Below, in pieces: positions 1 to 9,626 of a stretch of 64,000 nt of DNA. The stretch's first letter is position 1, and each line of letters starts with the position of its first letter. The position numbers and the translations under genes were made by a program. Under the pieces are notes generated by a model that had not been told where the DNA came from, did not search any database, and was given only the letters and a program-made list of their open reading frames with translations. The DNA is from Candidatus Versatilivorator sp. (lineage in GTDB: Bacteria; Acidobacteriota; Terriglobia; Versatilivoradales; Versatilivoraceae): contig OZ242296.1 in assembly GCA_965207735.1 (NCBI GenBank), positions 4,384,001-4,448,000 of the forward strand, given 5' to 3'.

Positions 1-2
1 TG

Positions 3-251
3 CTGGAGCTGCGCCGCATCCGGGCGCCCCAGATGTATGACCTCTTTTTCCAGAAACCCAAGGAGTTGGTGGAGCGCTGCCTGCGGTTCGAACTCGGGGA
101 ACGCCTGACCGCCCGGGGCGAGGTTCTGGCCGAGGTGGACCCGAACGACCTGAACCGCATCGCCCGCGGCCTGAAGGAAGAGAAGGTCGAATCGGTAGCC
201 GTGTGCCTGCTGCACGCCTACGCCTGGCCCCAACACGAGACTTTGGTGGGA
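3..251 (+). pseudogene. Hydantoinase A/5-oxoprolinase family subunit, 5' fragment (runs off window start; interrupted by IS)
   Basis: Frame reads LELRRIRAPQMYDLF...ERL..GEVL...VESVAVCLLHAYAWPQHE, typical of Hydant_A_N. It breaks at the IS left end (252) and rejoins the 1743 fragment in frame when the IS and one GGGA copy are removed. Confidence 0.9.
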
Positions 252-1738
252 GAGCCTTTTGCAAAATTCGGAATCGGGCATGACATTGGGCTGGCAACAG
301 TGATGTTCCGGCGGTGACTACCCAGCTGCAAAGACCCTTTTGAAGGAAAAAGCCCGAATCTGATGGCCGGATGGCCAGCGGTCGCCGGACGCAGGCACAG
401 CTTACCCTCTCCCGGCCTTGAGGCGGGCGAACCTGCTGTGCGGTTGGGGGTGGCAACCCGGTCTTCAGAGCGTCAGGCGCATCAACTGATCCACCGTCAG
501 GGCCAGAATGCCGAACATCAGGTGGCACCTCACCTTGTCGGGGCCGCGAACCCTCACCTGCCTCCCGCCAAACTCCTCCTTGAGCCGTCCGTTGACCCGC
601 TCCACCGTCGAGCGTTCCCGGTAGCGCCGCGCCTCGGGAGTCACTTGGCCGATACAGCGCCGGGCCAGTGCCTCCCGCTTCCGCTCGGCTTTCAAGGTAG
701 CTCTTCGGCGGGGGTTGACGTCAATAATCGGCACATGCCCCAGCTTCTCACTGAAGGCCCGGATCTCCGGCGCATCGTAGGCGCTGTCCATCAAGTCGTA
801 GAGACTCTCGACCCGCCTTGCCGTCAGCGTCGCCAGCGGAATGGCTGCCTGAGAGTCATGCACCGAGGCCGAGGTCAGCAGACAACTGACCGGAATCCCG
901 CCGTCAATGGCGTCGAGGTGTAGCTTGTAGCCGGTCCAGCTCTCCTGATGCCCCTTGGCGTTGCGCTTGACGCCGATGTCGCAGGCCTTGGGCAACTCCT
1001 TCAACATTTCCTCCAGCGTCATCGACCCCTGCCGCTCCAGCCGGCTCAACCGCTTGGGCCGTCGCTCGCCCTTCGGCGGCCGGCCCCGCCGGCGTTTCCG
1101 CTTGGCCTCCGGCGCAGCCTTGGCCGCTGGCTTTTCCCGTCCCGCAATCGCCGTCGAGTCCCTCGACACATGCCCCGCCAAGTGGCCCTTCAGCGTCTCC
1201 TCCAGCAATGCCTCGTGCAAACGCCCCGGCAGGTCGCTCTCAGCGAATTCCGCAAAGGCCCGCGAGAAGGTCGACTCGCTCGGTACCTCCCACGCCCTCT
1301 CCCAGCCGCACAGCCGCCGCAGCCTCCCCTCACTCCTCAGCCGCTCCACCAATCCCCGCGTGGTCGCCACCTCCAGCATCGACTTCGCCAGATAGGCTCG
1401 CGCCAGCACTGCCCGATCCTCCAGCGGCCGGCCACGCCAGCCCCGACTGTAAGGCAGCAACTCCTCCACCCGCACCAACTCCAATACCTGCACCAGCCGC
1501 TGGTAACGCTCTCCCAGAGGCCCCAAAACTTCCTCCAGCAGGGGAAACAGCTCTCGTTGAAACCGGAACCAGTGTCGTGATAGGGTTTCCCTAAGGGGCA
1601 AGTTCCACCTCCGTTCATCATGTGGTTCAGACACCTTCATGATACAACAGACAGTGGTCTTGCCCCTCCTTCCACCTGCCCTCCTTGATCTTTCCCCACG
1701 TGAAAATTCCCGCTATCTGCGAATTTTGCAAAAGGCTC
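252..1738 (-). mobile_element. Complete insertion sequence (1487 bp), IS5/IS1182-like DDE element
   Basis: Perfect 19-bp terminal inverted repeats GAGCCTTTTGCAAAATTCG (252-270) and CGAATTTTGCAAAAGGCTC (1720-1738); 4-bp target duplication GGGA (248-251, 1739-1742); single transposase ORF. Confidence 0.95.
465..1640 (-). CDS. DDE transposase (IS5/IS1182-like)
   Basis: Motifs PSESTFSR, RDSTAI (D1), GYKLHL, SASVHDS, LMDSAYD (D2), R.TVERVNGRLKE (E); lies within the TIRs. Confidence 0.93.
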   Translation of the reverse strand: MKVSEPHDERRWNLPLRETLSRHWFRFQRELFPLLEEVLGPLGERYQRLVQVLELVRVEELLPYSRGWRGRPLEDRAVLARAYLAKSMLEVATTRGLVERLRSEGRLRRLCGWERAWEVPSESTFSRAFAEFAESDLPGRLHEALLEETLKGHLAGHVSRDSTAIAGREKPAAKAAPEAKRKRRRGRPPKGERRPKRLSRLERQGSMTLEEMLKELPKACDIGVKRNAKGHQESWTGYKLHLDAIDGGIPVSCLLTSASVHDSQAAIPLATLTARRVESLYDLMDSAYDAPEIRAFSEKLGHVPIIDVNPRRRATLKAERKREALARRCIGQVTPEARRYRERSTVERVNGRLKEEFGGRQVRVRGPDKVRCHLMFGILALTVDQLMRLTL

Positions 1739-1742
1739 GGGA

Positions 1743-3302
1743 GACTATTTGCGCCGAAATCTCCCCGATGTGCAGATATCTCTCTCCTCCGAGGTGCTTC
1801 GCGAGCGCAAGGAATACGAACGCACCGCCACCACCGTGGTCAATGCCTACGTGCGGCCGGTCATGCGCGGCTACCTGGCGGCCATGAGGTCGGGATTGGA
1901 GGCCCTGGCCATCCGCTCGCCCCTGCTGATCATGCAGTCCGCCGGGGGGTTGACCCCGGAAGAGGAGGCGGCCCTCCGTCCCGTATACATGCTGGAATCG
2001 GGCCCGGCCGCCGGGGTGCTCGCCTCCCAGGCTACCGCCCGCCACCTGGGACTGGAGAACGTCATCACCCTGGACATGGGGGGGACCACCGCAAAGGCTT
2101 CCCTGATCGAGGGCGGCCGGGTGCGCTACAGCCCCGAATACGAGGTCGGCGCGTCCCTTTCGGCGGGAAACCGCCTGACGGGCGGAGGCGGCGAGCTCAT
2201 TCGGGCCCCCAGCATCGACCTCGCCGAGGTGGGCTCCGGCGGAGGCAGCATTGCCTATCTGGACGGAGTCGGCGGGCTGCGGGTGGGTCCGCGCAGCGCC
2301 GGGGCCGTCCCCGGACCCGCCTGCTATTCCCGCGGCGGGTTGGAACCGACCGTGACCGATGCCAACGTGGTGCTGGGATACATCCGCCCGGGCCGACTGG
2401 CCAACGGGGACATCGCCATCGACCCGGATGCCGCCGCAAGCACCGTTCGGGATCGGATCGCCACTCCTCTGGGAATGGATCTGCTGCAAGCGGCCGAAGG
2501 CATCCACCGCATTGCCAACGCCAGGACCATGCGAGCCCTGCGCGCCGTCTCCACCGAGCGGGGCCGGGACCCTCGAGAGTTCGTGTTGATGGCCTTTGGC
2601 GGATCCGGCCCCGTCCATGCGGCGGGTCTGGCCCGGGAGCTGCACATCCGTCAGGTCATCGTTCCGCCCCTGCCGGGCCTGTTCAGCGCCCTGGGTCTGC
2701 TGGCCTCGGGAGTGGAGCACCACGACGTCAGGAGCTGCCTGCTTTTCGCCACCGACGCCGAGGCGGCAAGCCTGGAGCGAGTTCGGCAGGAGTTGAGGCA
2801 GAAGATGCTGGACCGCTTCGAAGCCGAGGGCTACGCCGCCTCCCGGGTCGCCTTGAGCTGGAGCGCCGACCTGCGCTTTCAGGGACAGGCCTCCGAGATC
2901 CGCCTCGAGCTCTCCGGCGACCCCCTGGACGGACCCGGGATCCAGGCCTTGAACGAGGCCTTCGAAACCGAACACCAGCGGCTATACGGCCACCGGTCGG
3001 ATCCCGAAAATCCCACTGAAATCATTGCCGTGCGCCTGGTGGGACAGGTGGCTGCCCCCGGGCGGGAGGCGGGGTTCAGACACGGGGCATCCGCCTTTGC
3101 GGCCCGGTCTCGCCGGCAGGCCTACTTCGGCTCCGACTACGGTGTCATCGACACTGCGGTGGTGACCCGCTCAAACCTTTCCGGGACCGCCAGGGGCTCC
3201 CTGTTGATCGACGAATACGACTCCACCATCGTCGTCCCTCCCTTCATGTCGGTTCGGCGGGACGAACATGGGAATGTGGTCATGGGGGTGGAGGATGAGT
3301 AA
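1743..3302 (+). pseudogene. Hydantoinase A/5-oxoprolinase family subunit, 3' fragment
   Basis: EYERTATTVVNAYV, ESGPAAG, DMGGTTAK, GPRSAGAVPGPACY, PTVTDAN, AFGGSGP motifs; continuation of the 3..251 fragment. Confidence 0.92.
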
Positions 3303-5073
3303 CGCTGACATCACAGGCGGAACACGACCTGCCGGGGAAGCTCCCATCGATCCCGTCACCCGGGAGATCATTCAGAATGCCCTGGCTTCCGCCGCCGACG
3401 AGATGGCCCTGGCCCTCTACCGGACCGCCTACTCCACCATCGTGCGCGATTGCCTGGACTACTCCACCTCTCTTTGCAATGCCGAGGGAGAGATGATCGC
3501 CCAGGGCGTCACCACTCCCCTGCACCTGGGCACGGTGCCCTACGCCATGGAGACCCTCTTCCGGAAGTATGGAGAGAGCATGTGCCCGGGAGACATCTTC
3601 ATTCTCAACGACCCCTTCGACGGGGGCATGCACATCCCGGACATCTTCATCGTGAAGCCGGTCTTCTGGGAGGACCGGCTGGCCGCCTTTGCCGTAAGCA
3701 CGGCCCACCACCTCGACCTGGGGGGACGGCTACCCGGCAGCTCGGCCTGCGACAACACCGAAATCTTTCAGGACGGCCTGCGGATTCCCTGGCTGAAGCT
3801 CTACCGGCGGGGAGAGCCCGATGAGGCTCTCTTTGCCCTGCTCAGAACCAACGTCCGGGTGCCGCGCATGACCATCGGGGACGTGCAGGCCCAGATCGCC
3901 GCCTGCCACATCGGGGAGCGGGCCATCCATGAACTCATCCGGCGCTACGGCCTGGGGACCTTCACTCGCTGCGCGTCCGAGCTGATCGCATACACCGAAA
4001 GGCTGCTTCGACGGGAAATCGCCTCCTGGCCCGACGGCTGCTACGCCTTTACCGACCACATGGACAGTGACGGCGTCGGCGGCCCCCCGGTACCTATAAA
4101 GGTCACGATAACCGTGAAGGGAGACTCCCTGACCGCCGATTTCACCGGCTCTGCCCCCCAGGTGCGGGGAGCCATCAACTGCACGCTCTCCTTCACCGCC
4201 TCGGTGGTGGCCCTCTGCATCCGCTCGGTCATGCAGGAGGAGGTCCCCAACACCGCCGGACTCTTCAAGCCGCTGAGGATCGTGGCTCCTCCCGGCACGG
4301 TGGTGCACGGAGTCATGCCGGCAGCTTCCTCCATGAGGGGAATTACCGGATTCCGCATGGTCGATGCCGTGTTCGGCGCCCTGGCAGGCCTTCTGCCGGA
4401 CCGCGTCTTTGCGGCCGGCGAAGGCGGCAACACCCTGGTGATCATCGGCGGCTTGCGGGAACAAGGCGGCCGCCGGGCGCCCTATGTCTATTACGAACTC
4501 CTCTCGGGCACCTGGGGAGGCCGTCCCGACCGGGACGGCAACGACGGACTGTGCAACATCGCCAACGTGGCCGCCAATATCCCGGTGGAGCAGGCCGAGT
4601 CCGAGTATCCCGTCCACATCGAACGCTACGGAATGGTGACCGACAGCGGAGGGGCCGGCCGATTCCGGGGCGGTCTCGGCATCGAGCGCGAGTGGCGCCT
4701 GCTGGAAGGGGAAGCCCACCTGGCCATCCGCTCAGACCGCAGGGACCATCCCCCCTACGGGCTCTCCGGCGGCCTGCCGGGAAGGGGCTCCATCAACGAG
4801 CTGCGGGGGAAAGAGGAGACCAGGGTCCTGCAGACCATGATCTCGACCTCCATCAAGCAGGGCGAGCGCATCTACCACCGGCAGGCGGGCGGCGGCGGCT
4901 GGGGCAACCCGCTGGAGCGGTCCCCCCAGGCGGTGGAGCGGGATGTCAGGAACGACAAGGTTTCCCCGGCGGCCGCCCGGCGGGAGTATGGAGTGGCGAT
5001 CGACGAGCGGACGGGCAAGGTCGATGCCGCTGCGACGGAGGAGTTGAGGCGGGGGCAGCGTGACGCGGGATGA
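3295..5073 (+). CDS. Hydantoinase B/5-oxoprolinase family subunit
   Basis: DPVTREII, RTAYSTIVRDCLDYS, NDPFDGGMHIPD, DSGGAGRFRGGLG, GGGGWGNPLER motifs; ATG at 3295 after GGAGG, overlapping the subunit A stop. Confidence 0.93.
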   Translation: MSNADITGGTRPAGEAPIDPVTREIIQNALASAADEMALALYRTAYSTIVRDCLDYSTSLCNAEGEMIAQGVTTPLHLGTVPYAMETLFRKYGESMCPGDIFILNDPFDGGMHIPDIFIVKPVFWEDRLAAFAVSTAHHLDLGGRLPGSSACDNTEIFQDGLRIPWLKLYRRGEPDEALFALLRTNVRVPRMTIGDVQAQIAACHIGERAIHELIRRYGLGTFTRCASELIAYTERLLRREIASWPDGCYAFTDHMDSDGVGGPPVPIKVTITVKGDSLTADFTGSAPQVRGAINCTLSFTASVVALCIRSVMQEEVPNTAGLFKPLRIVAPPGTVVHGVMPAASSMRGITGFRMVDAVFGALAGLLPDRVFAAGEGGNTLVIIGGLREQGGRRAPYVYYELLSGTWGGRPDRDGNDGLCNIANVAANIPVEQAESEYPVHIERYGMVTDSGGAGRFRGGLGIEREWRLLEGEAHLAIRSDRRDHPPYGLSGGLPGRGSINELRGKEETRVLQTMISTSIKQGERIYHRQAGGGGWGNPLERSPQAVERDVRNDKVSPAAARREYGVAIDERTGKVDAAATEELRRGQRDAG

Positions 5074-5136
5074 GGCCGCGTTCTGCCCTCATTAGCTCGG
5101 CGGCGCGGCGACCGGCGTCCTGCAATCCTCACACAT

Positions 5137-5831
5137 TAGACCGGGAACATGGTTTACACCCTGCCCAGGAATCGGGCAAGGCCCCCCATGCAAGTCTCGA
5201 GTATCACTCCCCCCTTGAGGGGGAGTCGGAGAGACAAGGGCGCAGCCCGCGGTCGATCCGGAGGGGGGCAAACTCGGCGTTCCGTAAGAGCCGATCAGCG
5301 GCACTCACAGAGCCACAAAGCGAGACGGACCTGCTCCACCGGCACGCGTTGTCCCAAAGCTGCGCCGGCGTCTGCCCCCCTCCGCATCAGCCTTCGCCAT
5401 TCGGCTCGACTTCTGCGACTCCCCCTCAAGGGGGGAGTGATATCCGTGTTATGAAGTGGGAACGGAGTTTATGCGGTAGACCGGGAACATGGTTTACATC
5501 CTGCCCAGAAATCGGGCAAGGCGCCCCATGCAAGCCTCAAGTATCACTCCCCCCTTGAGGGGGAGTCGGAGAGACAAGGGCGCAGCCCGCCGTCGATCCG
5601 GAGGGGGGCAGACGCGGCGTCGCGAGGGGGCTCCGCCCGCAGTCGAGCCGGAGGGGGGCAAACTCGGCGTCCCGGAAGAGCCGATCAGCGGCACTCGCAG
5701 AGCCGCATAGCGAGACGGACCTGCTTCAATGGCACGCGTTGCCCCAAAGCCGCGCCGGCGTCTGCCCCCCACCGCATCAGCCTTCGCCATTCGGCTCGAC
5801 TTCTGCGACTCCCCCTCAAGGGGGGAGTGAT
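5137..5831. repeat. Tandem pair of ~340-bp units, each containing a REP/MITE-like module bounded by inverted repeats
   Basis: Units start at 5137 and 5477 with TAGACCGGGAACATGGTTTACA. Unit 1 has 27-bp perfect inverted repeats TATCACTCCCCCCTTGAGGGGGAGTCG (5202-5228, 5416-5442); unit 2 has the same at 5543-5831. Located between convergent genes. Confidence 0.9.
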
Positions 5832-5891
5832 TCGAGTTTCTTGAAGGACGTTTTGCGGAATTGGGGGAGAAGGCCCGGCGAAGAGTGCCGC

Positions 5892-7040
5892 CTACGGGGC
5901 CTTGGCCGAGGCGCTGCGGTTGAGCGGCAGCGCGTCGCAGAGGTGGAGCGCCACCAGCGGATAGAGGGTCCCGCTGAAGGCGATGAAGTGGTAGTTGTCG
6001 GTGTTGAGCGAACGGGTCCACCAGCGACCCGACTCTCGCTGATTTGCCAGCAGCCACCGGACACCCTTTTGGATCCCGGGATCCCGGGCGCTGACTCCGG
6101 CCTCTCGTAGCGCAACGAGAGCCAGACCCGTCTGGTGGCCGTCGCTGGGAGGGTCGGCGAATTCCTTTTCGGCCCTGAGCTTCTCGGCCCGGTTCCCCTC
6201 GCCCCACTCCTCGGGTCGGGCAAAGGCGCGTAGCGCCCACCCTCCGTCGGCCCGCTGCTTGCTCCGGATCATTTCGATGATCCGTTCCTTTTCACCCTCC
6301 TCCAGCAGGCCTTCCAACTTGGTCGAGGCCAACAGGAGCATCACCCGCCCATAGTCGTGCGGCGGTTCAACCTTGCGGAGGTAGTCCTGCAACCGCTTCA
6401 CCCCGGCTTTCAGTCCCTCGTCGCTCAGGCCGGACAGCCAACCCGGAGCCGTCCCCACCGCCAGGGCCGCTATCGTAGCTTCCTGAAAGGCGCTGGATTC
6501 CAGAGGCGGCCAGCACAGGGCGGCCTTCCACTCCCCGGTGGGAAGCTGCCGGTCAAGCAGCTGTTTCAAGGCCTGCTCGGTTTCGTCCGACAGGGTTCCG
6601 GTCACATGGGCATCCCATTCGGCCAGGCCGCGGGCAAGGTAGATCATTTGCGAATCCCCAAGCTTGCCTTTCTTGCCCAGTCGTGCGGTTCCTTCTCGAA
6701 GCACCTTCCCAAAAAAATCGCGCAACTCCCCGGAGGGTTGACCCAGGGAACGGGTCAGCGAGGGCCGCAGTGCCATGTAGCTGCCATTGGTGTGGCAGGT
6801 CACGCACTTGTGTCCGCGGCTCCAGGCAGTGGCCCCCTGGTCGAGAAAGTCCAGGGCACGCTGCACCGAGACCTCCCGGAGCTTGGGCTCATCGGCGTCC
6901 AGTCTGGGAATCTGGATGGATTCGAATTCGTATTGATACTTGAACTTGTCCTCTCCCCCGGCAACCCCGGCTGCTCCCAACAACAGCAGCGCTCCCAAGC
7001 CGCCGGCCAGCCATGCTCTCTTCACCGTTCGATCGATCAT
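5892..7040 (-). CDS. Exported prenyltransferase/squalene-hopene cyclase repeat protein
   Basis: N-terminal signal peptide; QW-type repeats (RQLPTGEW, KQRADGGW, NQRESGRW); CVTCH motif; lacks DXDD. Confidence 0.8.
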   Translation of the reverse strand: MIDRTVKRAWLAGGLGALLLLGAAGVAGGEDKFKYQYEFESIQIPRLDADEPKLREVSVQRALDFLDQGATAWSRGHKCVTCHTNGSYMALRPSLTRSLGQPSGELRDFFGKVLREGTARLGKKGKLGDSQMIYLARGLAEWDAHVTGTLSDETEQALKQLLDRQLPTGEWKAALCWPPLESSAFQEATIAALAVGTAPGWLSGLSDEGLKAGVKRLQDYLRKVEPPHDYGRVMLLLASTKLEGLLEEGEKERIIEMIRSKQRADGGWALRAFARPEEWGEGNRAEKLRAEKEFADPPSDGHQTGLALVALREAGVSARDPGIQKGVRWLLANQRESGRWWTRSLNTDNYHFIAFSGTLYPLVALHLCDALPLNRSASAKAP

Positions 7041-7102
7041 CCCCCACCTCGCTGCCTTTGTTTTTTGTCGGGCAAGCCTCTCCTACCCGCCCCGCCCTCC
7101 CA

Positions 7103-8140
7103 TCATCGCAAATTCCGGCGCAACTCGTCCATGCTTCTCACCGGAGCCCAGGACAAAGTGTCGATGGACTCCTCGGCAGCCAGACCCAGGCGGTGCAGCC
7201 TGGCCATATCTTCGGCCGGCACCCCCGAGGAGGGCTTGCCCTCCAGTTGGTCCAGGAAGTCCGACAGGCACTCCCGCAAGCCGGGCCATCCGGCGAAGGG
7301 CCGCAGGGCCGAGACCACTCGGTCCACCCGCCACTCCGGGAGGGACCGGCTTCGAAGCCGCAACTCCCCGGTAAAGAGATCCGCAAAGAGGTCTCCGTCC
7401 CGGCCCTGGATCTCGACCCAGGTTTCGGGGCCCTGAACGCTGGAGATGTTGGCCTGAAAGGTTCCCCAAACCCCGCCGTAGTCCAGCTGGGTCAGGGCGT
7501 AGGCCTGCATGCGGCCTTCGGTTCCCCGGCCATCCTGCACCAGCACTCTTTGAGGTTGAGAACCCAGCATCGCGTCCAAGGCGTCCACGTACCAGGGAGC
7601 CAGCACATGGCTCAGGCAGAGCCCGCCTCCCGGCCGGGCATTCCAGTTGCCGTTCATCCGGATCCTGGCGGTCTGCGGCTCTCCGATGGCCCCCTCGGCC
7701 AGCCTTTGGGCGGCCGCGGCCACCACCGGGAGGAACCTCAGCTCCAGGTCGGCCTGCTGGATCTGGCCGGCCCCCAGCAATTCCACCAGAACCGGAGCGA
7801 TCCGGTCCCGACGGTGCGACACCGGGGGCTCGTAGAAAAAGGGAATTTTCGAACCGATCGCGGCCAGCAGACTCGGCTCGTGCAGGGCTTCGGGAAGAGC
7901 CATCAGCACGCCATCCAGACCGCCGGCGTCCAGCAAGGCTTGGAAGTGAGGATAGATGCGGACCTGGCTGCCCAGTTCCTCCCGGATGCGCTGCCGACTG
8001 GCCTGGCTGGGAACCGCGGCGGCCACCACCGTGCCCCTGCCGTCAGCCCGCAGGGCCGGCACATAAGCCTCGCGAGCCCAGTTGCCGTAGCCGGCAAGTC
8101 CGATGCGCAGCGGGTTCGTGTCAGGGTCTCTTTGCGTCAC
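7103..8140 (-). CDS. Gfo/Idh/MocA family oxidoreductase
   Basis: N-terminal Rossmann RIGLAGYGNWA; ALPEALH and YEPP (EKP-like) motifs. Confidence 0.8.
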   Translation of the reverse strand: MTQRDPDTNPLRIGLAGYGNWAREAYVPALRADGRGTVVAAAVPSQASRQRIREELGSQVRIYPHFQALLDAGGLDGVLMALPEALHEPSLLAAIGSKIPFFYEPPVSHRRDRIAPVLVELLGAGQIQQADLELRFLPVVAAAAQRLAEGAIGEPQTARIRMNGNWNARPGGGLCLSHVLAPWYVDALDAMLGSQPQRVLVQDGRGTEGRMQAYALTQLDYGGVWGTFQANISSVQGPETWVEIQGRDGDLFADLFTGELRLRSRSLPEWRVDRVVSALRPFAGWPGLRECLSDFLDQLEGKPSSGVPAEDMARLHRLGLAAEESIDTLSWAPVRSMDELRRNLR

Positions 8141-8163
8141 GACAGCCTCACGACCGAGGCGAA

Positions 8164-8193
8164 TGGTCAGTGGCTAGTGGCCAGTGCCTAGTG
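8164..8193. repeat. Short degenerate heptamer array (TGGYYAG)n
   Basis: TGGTCAG TGGCTAG TGGCCAG TGCCTAG, intergenic. Confidence 0.55.
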
Positions 8194-8220
8194 ATTGGCC
8201 AGCTCGCGGCCTGTCCCGTG

Positions 8221-8274
8221 GATGATACAAGATGGAACAACGAATCTTCATGGCCTATCGGGAACAAGGGCCGT
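8221..8274 (-). promoter_or_regulatory. Conserved upstream motif, copy 1 (shared with 55181-55236); putative promoter/operator
   Basis: 17-bp identity AACAACGAATCTTCATG plus CGGGAAYAAGGGCC with the second copy; minus-strand TATCAT -10-like hexamer upstream of the 8140 start. Confidence 0.45.
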
Positions 8275-8330
8275 GTCCAGTTAAATTGATTTTCTACATA
8301 TTGAACATGGATACACAGGATTGAGCGGAG

Positions 8331-9527
8331 TCATCCGGGTCGGGCGCGAAATCCCAGCAGGGCCTCCACCGTGCGGGCGGCCGCCAGCAAGGCTCCGTCC
8401 TCCATGGGGCGCGCCGACAACTGCAGGCCCAGCGGCAACCCCTCGGGGGACAGCGCCGCCGGCAGCGTCACCGTGGGGCACCCCGTATAGGTCCAGAGCA
8501 GGCTGAAGCGGGGATCGCCGGTAATGGCCAGACCCCGGGGGGCGGGTCCCTCGGCCGAGGGAGACAACACCAGGTCCACTTCCTCCAGCAATCCCGACAG
8601 GGAGACGGTCAGCGAGCGCCGGTGTTGCTGAATCCGTTCCAGGGCTTCAGGAGTGACCGCTTCCCCGTCCAGCAGCAGCGCACGCAGCTTGGGGGGATAA
8701 CGGTCGCCGTGGCGTGCCATCAGTTCCGCGTGCCCTCGGGCTCCCTCGGACGCAATCAGGTCGAAGTGATTCCTGTAGGCGGCGACACACGCTTCGGGCA
8801 AGCTCATTCTCTTGACCTCGCATCCCCCGGCGGCCAAACGGTCCCCGGCCTGCGACAGCGCCCTCAGCATGACGCCGGCGGCGGGCTCGGTATGCAGGTC
8901 CGGCGCCAATCCGATCCTCAAGCGTCCGGGCTCCCCTGCCGTGGGCTCTCCCAACAGAGCAGCGACGGCCTGTTGCATATCGCTGACGCCGCGGGTGAAT
9001 AAACCCACCGTATCCACGCTGGGGGAAAAGGGAAAGACGCCGGTGACCGGCAGGCGTCCGTAGGTAGGCTTGAACCCCGTGACCCCGCAGTAGCTGGCGG
9101 GACGATTGACCGACGCCACCGTCTGGGAACCCAAAGCCAACCGAACCATCCCACAGGCCACGGCCGCGGCCGACCCGCTGCTGGAGCCCCCGGGAGTGTG
9201 GCCGGGATTCCAGGGATTGCGGGTGGCTCCCGGATCCAGAAAAGCAAACGTGGTGGTGACGGTCTTGGAGAGGACGAAGGCGCCCAGAGACAGCAGGCGC
9301 CCCACCACGCCGGCGTGTTCCCGGGCCGGTGTTTCCGGGAGAAAGTCCACGTTGCAGCGGGTCGGCATTCCCTGGACGTCGATGATGTCCTTGACCCCCA
9401 GCGACCAGCCGCTTAGCGGCCCGGCGCCGCTCTGCCGGCGGCGCAGCCGGGCCCCGACCGGGTCCCAGTCCACCAGGGCCTCGACGGTTGCCTCCCAACG
9501 CCGGATGGCTGCAAGCTCCTCTTCCAT
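8331..9527 (-). CDS. Amidase signature family protein
   Basis: GVKDIIDV, TRNPWN..HTPGGSSSGSAAAVA, GSQTVASVNRPASYCGVTGFKPT (Ser-cisSer-Lys triad region). Confidence 0.92.
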   Translation of the reverse strand: MEEELAAIRRWEATVEALVDWDPVGARLRRRQSGAGPLSGWSLGVKDIIDVQGMPTRCNVDFLPETPAREHAGVVGRLLSLGAFVLSKTVTTTFAFLDPGATRNPWNPGHTPGGSSSGSAAAVACGMVRLALGSQTVASVNRPASYCGVTGFKPTYGRLPVTGVFPFSPSVDTVGLFTRGVSDMQQAVAALLGEPTAGEPGRLRIGLAPDLHTEPAAGVMLRALSQAGDRLAAGGCEVKRMSLPEACVAAYRNHFDLIASEGARGHAELMARHGDRYPPKLRALLLDGEAVTPEALERIQQHRRSLTVSLSGLLEEVDLVLSPSAEGPAPRGLAITGDPRFSLLWTYTGCPTVTLPAALSPEGLPLGLQLSARPMEDGALLAAARTVEALLGFRARPG

Positions 9528-9626
9528 GCCTGTCCCTCCGAGGTTGCCCCGACGCCGGGTTTCCGGGAATCTTGGGTATAATCATCCGGGCGCGACTCCA
9601 CCCGACCCGGCCCGCCGCCCGACCCC

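Noticed and set aside
5137-5831. CRISPR array, or ORFs 5070..5558, 5149..5454, 5489..5710
   Set aside because: The repeats are inverted or long tandem units without unique equal-length spacers, and no cas genes are present; the ORFs are translations of the repeat.
5892-7040. Calling this gene shc (hopanoid biosynthesis)
   Set aside because: Too short, has a signal peptide, lacks DXDD and has no hpn genes nearby.
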